Source: an uncultured Phycisphaerales bacterium | Lineage (GTDB): Bacteria; Planctomycetota; Phycisphaerae; Tepidisphaerales; Tepidisphaeraceae | NCBI GenBank assembly: GCA_963844715.1 | Contig: CAWJPJ010000007.1 | Coordinates: 1,344,001 to 1,408,000 of the forward strand | DNA length: 64,000 nucleotides | Direction: 5' to 3' | In this document: positions 44,840-54,939 of the stretch, one piece after another | Layout of the letters: the number at the start of each line of letters is the position of its first letter | How positions within the stretch are numbered: the stretch's first letter is position 1 | Notes under the pieces: model-generated | Database searches by the model: none | What the model was told of the DNA's origin: nothing | The model's input: only the letters and a program-made list of their open reading frames with translations | Program-made: the position numbers and the translations under genes

Positions 44840-45646
44840 TTACGCGCGCGGCGGAATGATGGGCGCGCCCAGCGACTGCCGGGGCGGCGTCTGCCGCGCC
44901 TCGGCGGGCTTGATCATGAGGAGCAGTTCCTCGGCGACCAGGGCGCCGCGAACGGTGAGCCGGTCCACGACCGTCCGCAAGACGCCGAACGCCGCCAGAC
45001 ACGGGACCGCCAGCATCAAGCCAAGCAGAGTATGGCAGAGGGCCTTGGAGATGCCGCCGGCGAGGGAGGCCGGGTTGGCCTGCCCGCCCTGGGCTTCCAT
45101 GGTGCTGAAGGCGTCGATCATGCCGAGCACGGTGCCTAGCAGGCCGAGCAGCGGCCCGAGGTTGCCGATGATGTTGAGATATTCGATTTTGCGGAATTGC
45201 TCGGCGGTTTGCTCGCCGATGGCGGTCTCCATCGCTTCCTTCATGCTGTTGAAGCTGGGAGCGCGCTTGAGGGCGGGATTGAGGGCTTTGCTGACGAAGC
45301 TGGGATCGGTCTCAGTGAAATCGAGCAGCTCCTGAAAGCGGCGCTGCGAGATCATGTCGCGGATGAGTTCGGTGGTGCGGATCGGCATGAAGACCGATTC
45401 GCGATTCTTGATCACGCCCTGGATGATGAGGGTCAATCCGATCACGGAGAGGGCGAAGATGACCCAGAAGACGGGATCGAGATTATTCATCACCAGGGTG
45501 ATGACCCCTGGTTTTGCGACGACCTGCTGCGGCTGCCCGATGGGGGTTTGCGCCTGGGTGGGGCCGGAGAGCAGGAAGATTGCTCCTCCTATCAGGACGA
45601 CGAAAAGCGCCAGGCGGAGCCTGGAGTTTGAGTAAGGCTTGGACAT
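44840..45646 (-). CDS. MotA/TolQ/ExbB proton channel protein
   Basis: 'GPLLGLLGTVLGMIDAF...LAGGISKAL'. Confidence 0.92.
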   Translation of the reverse strand: MSKPYSNSRLRLALFVVLIGGAIFLLSGPTQAQTPIGQPQQVVAKPGVITLVMNNLDPVFWVIFALSVIGLTLIIQGVIKNRESVFMPIRTTELIRDMISQRRFQELLDFTETDPSFVSKALNPALKRAPSFNSMKEAMETAIGEQTAEQFRKIEYLNIIGNLGPLLGLLGTVLGMIDAFSTMEAQGGQANPASLAGGISKALCHTLLGLMLAVPCLAAFGVLRTVVDRLTVRGALVAEELLLMIKPAEARQTPPRQSLGAPIIPPRA

Positions 45647-45714
45647 GGGAAGATCCTTCTCTCCCGAGGGAGAGCCATTCCGGGGGGAGCCGCCACGCCG
45701 TCCGCATCCATCGG

Positions 45715-45781
45715 CCGGGGACATTGCCCTCGCAACGCCGACGGATTTTGACCCAAGACCGGGGACACTGCCCTCGCAACG
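45715..45781. promoter_or_regulatory. 23-bp direct repeat pair upstream of exbB-like gene
   Basis: ccggggacaYtgccctcgcaacg at 45715 and 45759, one mismatch; regulatory role inferred. Confidence 0.5.
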
Positions 45782-45904
45782 TCTCGAGCCCGCCAGACTG
45801 GCATGAATTCAGCAACCATCAAACGACCCGGATTCGTTCCCGGCCCGATGCGTGGCTGGAGCCGATCTCGCTGCCTACGCTCGATGCCGGGCGGAAAAGC
45901 TTGT

Positions 45905-46942
45905 TTAGAAATCGTCGCAATAGAACTTCTTATACACCCCGCCGTTCTGTGTGGCGATATCGGTCATGGTCTGCTCGAAGTCCTTATAAGTATCTTTCTC
46001 GGCCTTGCTCCCCAAAAGAAGGATCGTGTTGACGTGGACTTTCTTGTCGGCGTTCAGTTCATTGATCTTGGCCAGGACGACGGAGCCGTCGGGATCGTCG
46101 AAATCGCCGTCGGTGAGCAGGAAGATCAACTGCGGCTGTTCGGCAAAGGCTTCCTGCAGCGCGGGGATCGGATTGGTGGTGCCGCGAAACGACAGGGTCT
46201 GATCGAGGAAGTTGAAGAGGAGGGTTTTGTTGTTCGGCGTCGCCATGGCGATGTTCTGATTGATCGCCAGGAAATGCGAGTCGGGATTTTCCTGAAAGAT
46301 CAGCACGTTAAACGCCTGGATCGGGGCGAGATTTGCGACGGCATTTTTCAGCTCGGCCTTGAGAACGTATTCCTTGATGCCGACCAGCGAACCGGAACCA
46401 TCGCAGACATAGACGATCCGGCCGACGTTTCCGCCGTGGCCGAAGATGCGGCTCTTGGGGGCGATTCCGCCGCCGCCGCCGCGCGGGCCGAAGGCGGCCA
46501 TGTCATTGCTCGAAGCGAGCGCTCCGAGCGAAGCCAGGCTCGTGCCTGCTCCGAGCGCATCGGGATTCTCCATCGGATTGCTCTTGAGCGTCTCGGCCAG
46601 ATCCTCGCTCTTTCGCAGGGCCCAGGATTTTGAATCGTTCTGGTTCGGATCATTGTCCTGGGCGGCTTCGCGCGTCGGGTCGCCCCCGATGCCGGGGTTG
46701 GGAATCCCGCCGGCGTGGCCGTCGTCGGCCAGGGACGTATCCGGGACGATTACCTGTTCCTTGCTCACCTCGCGCGCGGCGCGGATGACCAGAGGCGGCA
46801 GAAAGATCAGCGCCGCCAGCAATATGGTGATGTGAAGTCCGAGAGAGGTGACCCACGGCAGCAAGCTCTGTACGGCAGGGCGTTGCCAGAAGGAGATCCG
46901 CGGCTCGTACCGCCGATCGGGAATATCGTTGGCCACACTCAT
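45905..46942 (-). CDS. membrane-anchored vWA domain protein
   Basis: N-terminal TM 'SLGLHITILL'; MIDAS 'DGSGS', 'GTTNP', 'FLLTDG'. Confidence 0.88.
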   Translation of the reverse strand: MSVANDIPDRRYEPRISFWQRPAVQSLLPWVTSLGLHITILLAALIFLPPLVIRAAREVSKEQVIVPDTSLADDGHAGGIPNPGIGGDPTREAAQDNDPNQNDSKSWALRKSEDLAETLKSNPMENPDALGAGTSLASLGALASSNDMAAFGPRGGGGGIAPKSRIFGHGGNVGRIVYVCDGSGSLVGIKEYVLKAELKNAVANLAPIQAFNVLIFQENPDSHFLAINQNIAMATPNNKTLLFNFLDQTLSFRGTTNPIPALQEAFAEQPQLIFLLTDGDFDDPDGSVVLAKINELNADKKVHVNTILLLGSKAEKDTYKDFEQTMTDIATQNGGVYKKFYCDDF

Positions 46943-47281
46943 GGCTTACACGCGATTATAAGGCGCGGACCGACCATACGGCGCTGGAATGCATATATAT
47001 CGACTGGAAAGGATGATAGCTTGCGAATCGAGACAGGGGAGCGCCGAACCGGCCAATATTGCCTGCCCCCGAAGGGGAATGTGGGGTTCGGCGGGACCTG
47101 CGCCCCTTACCGCGGCAGCCTATTTGCGCGGTTCCCGATCTGATAGACTTGGCCCGCAAAATGATCCGTGGGAGCGGGCAAGGGATGCGCGTCTCCGGTG
47201 TCTGGCCGACGATGAAGTGGAGCCGAGCCCCTTGGCGCGGTTGACTCGGCAGCGCGGGCCATTCGACAGCGTGGGCGAACA

Positions 47282-48034
47282 ATGTCCTCCGGAAAGAATT
47301 TACCCGCGTTTCTATATCGGCGTCTGTCGCGGCTGGCGACGTGCGAGTTCCGCCTCGACGACGCTGCGCGCTTGCGGATGCGCACAAAGTATGACATCGG
47401 GAGCTTTGCGGATGTATTCATCAATCCGTTTTATTGGCAGCTTTTTCATTTGATGCCTCGAGCGCCCAGGCAGGTGATTGATTGCGGCGCGCATTGCGGG
47501 CATTTTTCGGTGCTCGCGGATCGCTGCATTCGGGCCCGGTTCCCCGACGCGCAGCCGCGATTTGTGCTGATTGAGCCTAATCCGCGGCTGCAAACCACTA
47601 TTTGCGGGAATTTGGCCGATGCGGGAATTGCCGAGCGAGCTGAGGTCCATCGGGTATTGCTCGGTTCCACCGAGGGAACTGGAACGCTCTGGGTGAACAC
47701 AAAAAACTATCTTGCCTCGCGGATCGAACCGTTCGATGGAGCAACTCCTTATGAGGTGCCTTTCAGGACTCTGGCATCCATTCTGAATAACCGCGACGCC
47801 GACGTGTTGAAGATCGACATTGAAGGGGCGGAATTTGAGCTGGTTCGAACGCAGCTTGCGACGTTTGCGCGCGTCGGCCTGCTGATGATGGAAGTTCATG
47901 GAAGCGATTCGGAATGCGATGGACTATTGAAGCAATTAAAGGAAGTCGGGCTCGAACTGTGCTTAAGCCCGATCGAGCACACCGGCTTCAAATTGCTCGC
48001 TTTGGCGCGACGACCTGTTGGCACTGCCCCGTAG
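47282..48034 (+). CDS. FkbM-family methyltransferase
   Basis: 'IDCGAHCGHFS', 'IEPNP', 'LKIDIEGAEFE', 'MEVH'. Confidence 0.88.
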   Translation: MSSGKNLPAFLYRRLSRLATCEFRLDDAARLRMRTKYDIGSFADVFINPFYWQLFHLMPRAPRQVIDCGAHCGHFSVLADRCIRARFPDAQPRFVLIEPNPRLQTTICGNLADAGIAERAEVHRVLLGSTEGTGTLWVNTKNYLASRIEPFDGATPYEVPFRTLASILNNRDADVLKIDIEGAEFELVRTQLATFARVGLLMMEVHGSDSECDGLLKQLKEVGLELCLSPIEHTGFKLLALARRPVGTAP

Positions 48035-48040
48035 CGGAAC

Positions 48041-48484
48041 TTACGGCCCGGTCTCGAATTCCTTCAGCTTTTCAACGCGGCGAATGTGCCGGCCCTCGCC
48101 GAAAGGGGTGGTAAGGAAAATCTCCACGATCTGGCGGATTTGATCGTCGCTGAGTAAATCGGTTCCGAGGCACAGCACATTGCAGTGGTTGTGCTCGCGG
48201 GCTCGCCGGGCGGTGACCTCATCGTGGACCAGCCCGGCGCGCACGCCGCGGACTTTATTGGCGGCGACGGACATGCCGATTCCTGACCCGTCGAGGAGAA
48301 TGCCCATTTCGCTGGTTCCCTTGGCGACCGCGCGGGCGACGGGGAGGGCGAAGTCTGGGTAATCCACGGCGGCGGTCGACTCGCAGCCAAAGTCCTCGAC
48401 CTCGTGCCCCTGGCGCTTGAGATGGGGAATAAGCTTTCGCTTGGCTTCGTAGCCGCGATGATCGCTTGCGACCGCAAGTTTCAT
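48041..48484 (-). CDS. rpiB: ribose-5-phosphate isomerase B
   Basis: 'SDHRG...VDYPD...GSGIGMSVAANKV...AREHN...GRHIRRV'. Confidence 0.92.
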   Translation of the reverse strand: MKLAVASDHRGYEAKRKLIPHLKRQGHEVEDFGCESTAAVDYPDFALPVARAVAKGTSEMGILLDGSGIGMSVAANKVRGVRAGLVHDEVTARRAREHNHCNVLCLGTDLLSDDQIRQIVEIFLTTPFGEGRHIRRVEKLKEFETGP

Positions 48485-48511
48485 TCAACCTCCGACCCGA
48501 AAAAAACAACT

Positions 48512-49622
48512 CTACAGGGCCTTCTCAGCCAGACGTGCTTCGATGAGCGTTTTGATCCGATTGGCGGTGGCGACGTATAGCTCGACGGCGCCCCCGATGG
48601 GGTCTTCGATGTCTCCCTCGGGGTCGAGGGGGACGATCTTATCCGCCGCCGCCGGAACCAGAGCCGCCGCTGCCCGGGCATGGCTCTGGCCCATCGTATA
48701 AATGACATCCGCCTGATGGATCAATTCGACCGTCAGCGCTCTGGCGCGATGGCGCGAGATATCCAGGCCCATGCCTTGCAGTGCCTCGACGGCCTGTGCC
48801 GTTGCCCGCGCGCCGGGCAGGGTATATGCGCCTGCCGACGCGACCATGATCCCCTTCTTCTCCAGTTCATCGGGCGAAATTTTCAAATTTTCCGCCATGA
48901 CCTGCCGTGCGATGGCCTCCGCCATGGGGCTGCGGCAGGTGTTTCCGCTACAGACGAAGAGGAGGGTTGTTCGCATCAGGCGGTCGATAATGCGCCGATC
49001 ATACACGCCTTCGCGCGCCAATTCATAGGAGTCCTTGCCGGCGCGGACGAGGGTGCTGGGTTTGCTGAAACGGGTTTCGCCGGCGTCGAGGACGGCTTCA
49101 ACTTTATCGAGAATGGCCTCGTCCATATCCGCCGCGCACTGCCGGCCGCCGGGCGGGGCGGTGAGAGCGACGGGCTGATTCACCTGGCTGACGACATCAA
49201 AGAAAACCGGATGGTCCGGGCAGCGCAGCGTGATGGTCGATTCGTCGTAAAGGTCCTCCATCGGAACATCGAGAGTTCGGGAAACCTCCCAGCGCCGGTC
49301 CTCGGGGACGGTGAAGATCAGCCCGACCGGTCCAGGCCAGAGCTTTCGCATGAGCCGCAATTCCAGGTCGCTGCAATCCCCAAGAAACTGCCGGGCGTCG
49401 GCAGGCTTGGCGACGTGGACGGTCAGGGGCCGCCGGGCGGACGACGGCCGCAGGTCGTTCAATGCCGCTCGCGCCGGCGGGGTGGGTCAGGACCCCGGCG
49501 GCGGCGTAGCTGGTCTCGGTCGGCAGGACGATCAGCTTGCCCGCCGACAGCATCTCCGCGCCGCGCAGGACCTCCTGCTGGTAGTCGGGGGAGCTAAGAA
49601 TTTGCACGATCTGAGCCTGCAT
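48512..49622 (-). CDS. Sua5/TsaC-like domain fused to low-molecular-weight phosphatase (indel ~49460)
   Basis: 'LPTETSY', 'LWPGP', 'LRCPDHP' then 'FVCSGNTCRSPMAE...DIEDPIG'. Confidence 0.88.
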
Positions 49623-49754
49623 AATGACGGCTTTTTAATTATCGGCCTGTACCCAGGTAACTTCAAGGCGGACAGATTGACCCGGGGGAGCGTTTATCCG
49701 GCTTGGCGCGGGCCGGGCCGCGTTCGACGGCGTTTTCCCGCCGGGGAGCGGAAT

Positions 49755-49793
49755 AAAAAAAAACGCCGGCCGCGGTGTGACTGCGGCCGGCGT
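49755..49793 (-). terminator. intrinsic terminator
   Basis: 11-bp GC stem acgccggccgc/gcggccggcgt followed by a T-run on the minus strand. Confidence 0.8.
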
Positions 49794-49885
49794 CGCCAGA
49801 AAGTGGGAAGGGGAGCGTCGCGTCAGGTCCCGTCCTACCGTTCCACACGGAACAGGCATACGGTGCGTTTGCCTGACGGTATTGG
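49755..49885 (-). ncRNA. candidate small RNA or leader RNA
   Basis: nested stems cgtcagg/cctgacg, accg/cggt, gttcc/ggaac, then a CU-rich stretch and the terminator; no family recognised. Confidence 0.35.
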
Positions 49886-50139
49886 ATGTACGATTCATTT
49901 TTTTCGGGGGCAAATCGAAATGCGGAATTTCGGCGGGTCTGGTAATATAGGGTGCGTGCGGTCGGAATCGCGGATTTTTGCGGGTAGTTCGGTACAATCG
50001 GGCGGCGATGGGTCTTCCATCCACTGCGAATCGCCTCTCGATTAAGTAAAACCGGGCGGCCCGTGCAAGGTCGGAAGCGAAATCGACGGCCGCACGGTGG
50101 CCGGGGCACATTCGTTCACTTCGTTTGGAAAGGCGGTAC

Positions 50140-50700
50140 ATGGGAAACTTCTACACAAATTTTACGCTTGGCGGCGTGGACCAGTTGGCGGCGGCAAAGG
50201 AGTTGGCCGGGAGGTCGTGCCTGGTAACGCCGGCGGTGAACAACTCGGTGGTGGTTTTCGATTCGGCGTCGGAAAAACAGGATCAGCGCGAGATCGCCAG
50301 TCTGGCCGAGATGCTTTCGCAGCGGCTGAAATGCGCCGTGCTGGCTGTACTGAATCACGACGACGACATCCTCTGGTATCAGCTTTACTCCAAGGGGCAG
50401 TTGGAGGACGAGTACAACAGCACGCCGGGGTATTTCGACGCGTCGCAGGTTACCGCGCCCAGCGGCGGGGACGCCAAGAAGCTTTGCGCGGCGTTCGGCT
50501 CGGGCAACGTGGCGAAGGTGGAGCATATCCTCAGCAGCTCGCTCGAAGACGGAGAGTATGCGTTCGCCTTCCAGCGTCATGAGGCGCTGGTGCATGCGCT
50601 GGGGATTTCGCCGTACGGGGTGGGACTGGGGTACGGGTATTTAGAGGACGGGGATATGCCGGACGGGCTTTCGTCGGCGGATGTGATTCGGACGCGGTAG
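50140..50700 (+). CDS. hypothetical protein
   Basis: clean ORF with host-like codon usage, 'VLNHDDDILWYQLY'. Confidence 0.7.
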   Translation: MGNFYTNFTLGGVDQLAAAKELAGRSCLVTPAVNNSVVVFDSASEKQDQREIASLAEMLSQRLKCAVLAVLNHDDDILWYQLYSKGQLEDEYNSTPGYFDASQVTAPSGGDAKKLCAAFGSGNVAKVEHILSSSLEDGEYAFAFQRHEALVHALGISPYGVGLGYGYLEDGDMPDGLSSADVIRTR

Positions 50701-50780
50701 GCACCCGAAACCCTCATAGGGTAGCGCCCCCCCTGCAAGAAATGGGATCATTTTTTGATCCCGCGATATAGAATCATCTC

Positions 50781-50996
50781 GTGGCTGAAAAATCCAGAGC
50801 CGACCGGCGCAAATACATCGAAGTTTTAAGACGGATGACGCCCGAGCAGCGCCTCCGGAAGGCCATGGAGCTAACCGAACTTGGGAATCGCTTATTTCTA
50901 CATGGGCTTAGGCGTCGATTTCCGGACTTGGACGAGCGGGGGATTCACGCGGAGTATTTGAAGCGGATCGCGCGATGTCACAATCGGAACTATTGA
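50781..50996 (+). CDS. small helical protein, putative MenA1-like antitoxin
   Basis: 'MTPEQRLRKAMEL...GLRRRFPD'; overlaps the downstream nucleotidyltransferase. Confidence 0.55.
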   Translation: MAEKSRADRRKYIEVLRRMTPEQRLRKAMELTELGNRLFLHGLRRRFPDLDERGIHAEYLKRIARCHNRNY

Positions 50997-51542
50997 AAAA
51001 AACGATCGCGGCACTGGAGGCGGCCGGTACGCCGTACATGCTCACCGGTTCGTTTGCATCGAGCTTGCAGGGTGAGCCGAGACTGACGCACGACATCGAT
51101 CTTGTCGTTGCAATTACGCTGGCCGGAATCAAAGCTCTTTTGTCAGCGTTCCCGGCGCCGGATTACTATCTGGACGAAATTGCGATCGCCCGGGCCGTCG
51201 CGCAAAAAAGCCAGTTCAATCTTCTTGATGTCGTGGGCGGCGACAAAGTGGACTTCTGGCTTTTGACGGATGACCCCTTCGACCAGTCCCGGTTTGCGCC
51301 GGCATCCGGAAATGTTCGAAGGGTATCAGCTTTATATTTCGTCCCCCGAGGACACAATTTTGATGAAACTTCGCTGGGCGAAGTTGTCTGGCGGAAGCGA
51401 GAAGCAGTTCGGGGACGCGCTGAGCGTTTACGAATTACAAAAGGAATCGCTAGATTTGGCATATGTACAACGTTGGGTGACGTCGTTGGATGTGTCCGAT
51501 CTTTGGGAAAGGCTCAAACGCGAGGCCAAAAGCGAAGGCTAG
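50975..51542 (+). CDS. nucleotidyltransferase-fold protein, MenT1-like (indel ~51300)
   Basis: 'YMLTGSFA...GEPRLTHDIDLVV', 'SPEDTILMKL...KQFGDA'. Confidence 0.7.
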
Positions 51543-51725
51543 CGAAAGCCGACAAATACTTTTCCGATCCGGATGGATATCTTTGGAAAGCGGCGTAGGG
51601 AGCGTTTGAGATTCGCGAGGATGGGAGTTTGATGGTTACTTATAATTCTGGGATGCATGTTCATAAAAGAGCGACGTTTCTTTACTCCCTTTTAATCGTT
51701 CAGCCGGCGCAACGCTCATCATCCG

Positions 51726-52247
51726 ATGACCATTCTTGAACGACTACTGCGACACGACGCCTGGACGACCAGATCGCTCCTTGCGCTATCGAGCGGCCTT
51801 AGCGACGCCGAACTCGACCGGGAGTTCGACATTGGCCATCGGTCGCTCCGTCGTACATTTGTTCACATGATCGGAAACATGGAATGTTGGTGTGACTTGA
51901 TGACCGGAAAGCCTCAGCGGTGGAGCGCACAGGCTGCCCCGCCGGTAAGCACTGTCTCGGGCCTGACCAATCGCCTGGATGTAGTCGCCGAACAACTGCT
52001 CGCCCTGGGCAGAAGCGTGACGAGCGAAAGGCGCGAAGACGATTTTTTCGTCGATTACCTGGATAAGCCCCCCACGCGAAAACCGCTCGGCGCGGGGCTT
52101 TTGCACGTCGCCACCCACGGCATGCACCACCGTGCGCATTGCCTGTATATCATGCGAAATTTGGGGGTGAAGGGCTTGATCGAGGGCGATGTCATAAGCT
52201 GGGAGTGCGTTCACCTGGGATTGAAAACCTGGCCGGCCGCGATCTGA
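51726..52247 (+). CDS. DinB-family protein
   Basis: 'SLRRTFVHM', 'HVATHGMHHRAH'. Confidence 0.85.
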   Translation: MTILERLLRHDAWTTRSLLALSSGLSDAELDREFDIGHRSLRRTFVHMIGNMECWCDLMTGKPQRWSAQAAPPVSTVSGLTNRLDVVAEQLLALGRSVTSERREDDFFVDYLDKPPTRKPLGAGLLHVATHGMHHRAHCLYIMRNLGVKGLIEGDVISWECVHLGLKTWPAAI

Positions 52248-52407
52248 GCGATATGCGGACCGCATTTCACACGCGACTCACAATCACAATCGGCTCACAT
52301 CTCCTCATTACAAACGCCGAACGGGCCACGGCATTGTTTGAAGTTCGGAGAGCAAACAGGACCTACGTCCCCTTAAACTCAAGTCCGAGTATAAAGGGGT
52401 GTTCCAC

Positions 52408-52984
52408 GTGTCGTTCACAGTCAAAAAAATCTCCGCGGATCGACTGGCAGACTATGCCCGGGTGCCGATTGCATTCGAGGTTGAGATCGATGAAACGGTC
52501 CGCGCCACGGGTGGCGTCGCGCTTCGCGAGCCGCGGTTCGGTCGCCCTACCTCAAGAATTATGACGCGCAGTTCGAAGGCGGCCCCGAGAGCTGGGCCGG
52601 CCGCTTCGATATTTCCCAATGGGGATTATGGATTGCGATTGAGTCGGCGGGAGTAGTGGGGGCAGCGGCGGTGGCGCCGGATGGCAAGAGCCTCGGAATG
52701 CGGGACATCGATCCTCGCGCTGCGGTACTTTGGGACATAAGAGTCGCCCCGTCACACCGTCGGCGAGGCCTTGGCTCGGCCCTTTTCCAAGAAGCAGCGC
52801 GGTGGGCAAGCGGCATGCGTCGAGACTTTCTTATGGTTGAAACCAAAACGTGAATGTCGCCGCGTGCAGGTTCTATGAGAGGATGGGGTGCACGATCGAG
52901 CGAGTCGATCGCTCGGCGTATCAGGGGCGGGTGGAAGCGAAGAATGAAATCATGCTCTTATGGGGCTTGCAACTTCATGGATAA
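52408..52984 (+). CDS. GNAT acetyltransferase (several indels)
   Basis: 'AVLWDIRVAPSHRRRGLGSALF', 'VET..NVAACRFYERMG' spread across frames. Confidence 0.75.
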
Positions 52985-53064
52985 ACCCCAGCCCGCTTTC
53001 TTCTTGACTCTCCGCAGAATCGGGCCGATAATCAGACTAGATTAACAGACTAGAAGGATACGTT

Positions 53065-53313
53065 ATGAAAGAAGTGGGCCTCTTCGATGCCAAAACCAAT
53101 CTCTCGAAGATTGCCGAACAAGTTCGCCGCACCGGACAACCTGTCACGCTGACCAAACGCGGCGAGCCGTATGTGGACATAGTGCCCCATCGAAGGCCGG
53201 CGGGCCGCCGGTCCCGTAAGGAGATTTTTTCCGATTGGAGGCGCCTGCGCGCCCAGTTGCCGAAGATCAGCTCCGAAGGAATCAAGTCGGCAATCGAAGA
53301 AGGACGCCGGTAA
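53065..53313 (+). CDS. Phd/YefM-family antitoxin
   Basis: 'VGLFDAKTNLSKI...VTLTKRGEP'. Confidence 0.9.
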   Translation: MKEVGLFDAKTNLSKIAEQVRRTGQPVTLTKRGEPYVDIVPHRRPAGRRSRKEIFSDWRRLRAQLPKISSEGIKSAIEEGRR

Positions 53314-53723
53314 TGCAATCCGTCGTCATCGACGCCAACGTGGTGTTGCATTCGCTCCTGCACCAAGGCCGCGGATCGGAAAAGTTGGACCCACTCCTCG
53401 AAAAATCCGACCTTGTCGCCCCCTGGCTATGGCGGTTGGAAGTCGCCAACGCCGTGCTCGTGCACACTCGGCGCAAACTGCTCACCGAGGTGGAAGCGAT
53501 CCGCATTTTGCGACTGATTGATGAAACGCCGGTCGAGATCGTGCCGGAACCGGCGGAAAGAACGGCGTCAAGCTTGGCGGAGATCGGCAAGACCTATCAT
53601 CTGACGGCATATGACGCCGTCTATCTGGATTTGGCCGATCGCCTGGGGCTGCCTCTGTTTACGCGTGACGAGAAACTTCGTGACGCCGCCAAAAAAGCCG
53701 GCGTCAAGCTCTTTGGCGAGTAA
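53313..53723 (+). CDS. vapC: VapC/PIN-domain toxin
   Basis: 'VVIDANV...EVANA...LTAYDAVYLDLA...LFTRDEKL'; TAATG coupling. Confidence 0.9.
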   Translation: MQSVVIDANVVLHSLLHQGRGSEKLDPLLEKSDLVAPWLWRLEVANAVLVHTRRKLLTEVEAIRILRLIDETPVEIVPEPAERTASSLAEIGKTYHLTAYDAVYLDLADRLGLPLFTRDEKLRDAAKKAGVKLFGE

Positions 53724-53791
53724 CGCTGTTCAAATCATGCTTCGATCACGCAAACAAAGAATCCAGTCGGACTCGCACATTGAACCAACGA

Positions 53792-54935
53792 TCACGTTTT
53801 AATCCTGTCCAACAAATAAACCGCGATCGGCCCGAAGATAAAGATCGGCAGCCAGGCCATCATGGCGGGCCAGACGACGACCCATTGCGGGCTCGGCGGG
53901 GTTGCCGCCAGTTCGTAGGCCAGGAAGACGCAGCCCATGCAAAGGCCGCAGAGGAGCATGGCTTTGGCGGCGGCGGTTTTTAAAGTCTGCGGCTGGCGGG
54001 TCAGGACCATCGCTATGGCCAGAAGCATCAGGATGATGTTCACCAGCGGTTGGGCCAGGCGCGTGTAGCGCATTGCGCAATAGATTCGTCGTTCCGTAAT
54101 TCCTTGGGCGGGCCAGGAGCTGGTTGATCCGTGCAAGCGACAGAAATTGCAGGGAATCCTCGTTCTGGTGCAGGACGATCTCGGCGGGGGTGATGTCGCT
54201 GCGATAAACGGCGGCGGTCTCGACGACGGGCGGGACGGTTTGGTCGGGGGATGCGATGGGGACGCGCTTGCCATCGATGAGGTCCCATTGTTGAAGGCGC
54301 GGGTTCCAGTTGGCGCTGGCGGCATAGAGATGGGCCGTGGGGCGCAATTGCGAATCGCGCTCGATCACATCCAGATAATCCAGCTTTGCCGGGGAGTGAG
54401 CGGTGGCGGGGGTGTAGAGGGCGGCGTTGAAGAGCGCCTCGTTTTCATCCTGCATCATGTCGACGGGGTAGGTCCGCACCGCCGCCTGGTGAATATCGCC
54501 TCGGTCCCGGGCCAGCATCGGGATCATGTGCGGAATGAGGAGTTCCTGATCGGCCGGAAGCAGGACGAGATTCAGCACCGCGCCGGCGAGAATTGCCGGG
54601 GCGGCGACGCGAAGAAGGGGAACGCCGGCGGCGAGAATGGCGGTCGATTCGTTGAATCGGCTGAGGCGCATGAGTGTGAACGAAGCCGCCGCCACGGCGA
54701 TGATCCCCGCCATCTGCGCGAAGAAAAAGAAGGACTGGTAGAAGTAATAATCCCCGATGTCATAGGCGATTCGCCACGTGGACAGGCCGGCCAGGGCGTG
54801 GCTGTTGGACTGGGTGAGATTCCCGAAATTGAAGACCATGTCGAGGGCGATATAGAGCCCGACCAGGGCCATCAGGCTGATGAGATAGTCCCGAACGAAC
54901 GAGCCGAGCACGTATTTGTCGAGGATGCTGAGCAT
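53792..54935 (-). CDS. lptG: LptF/LptG-family LPS export permease (LptG position; indel ~54075)
   Basis: 'ILDKYV', 'LSRFNESTAILAAGVPLLR', C-terminal 'AWLPIFIF'. Confidence 0.8.
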
Positions 54936-54939
54936 GAAT

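Noticed and set aside
49815..49835. SRP RNA suggested by gtcaggtcc
   Set aside because: The following GGAAGGAAGCAGC core is absent.
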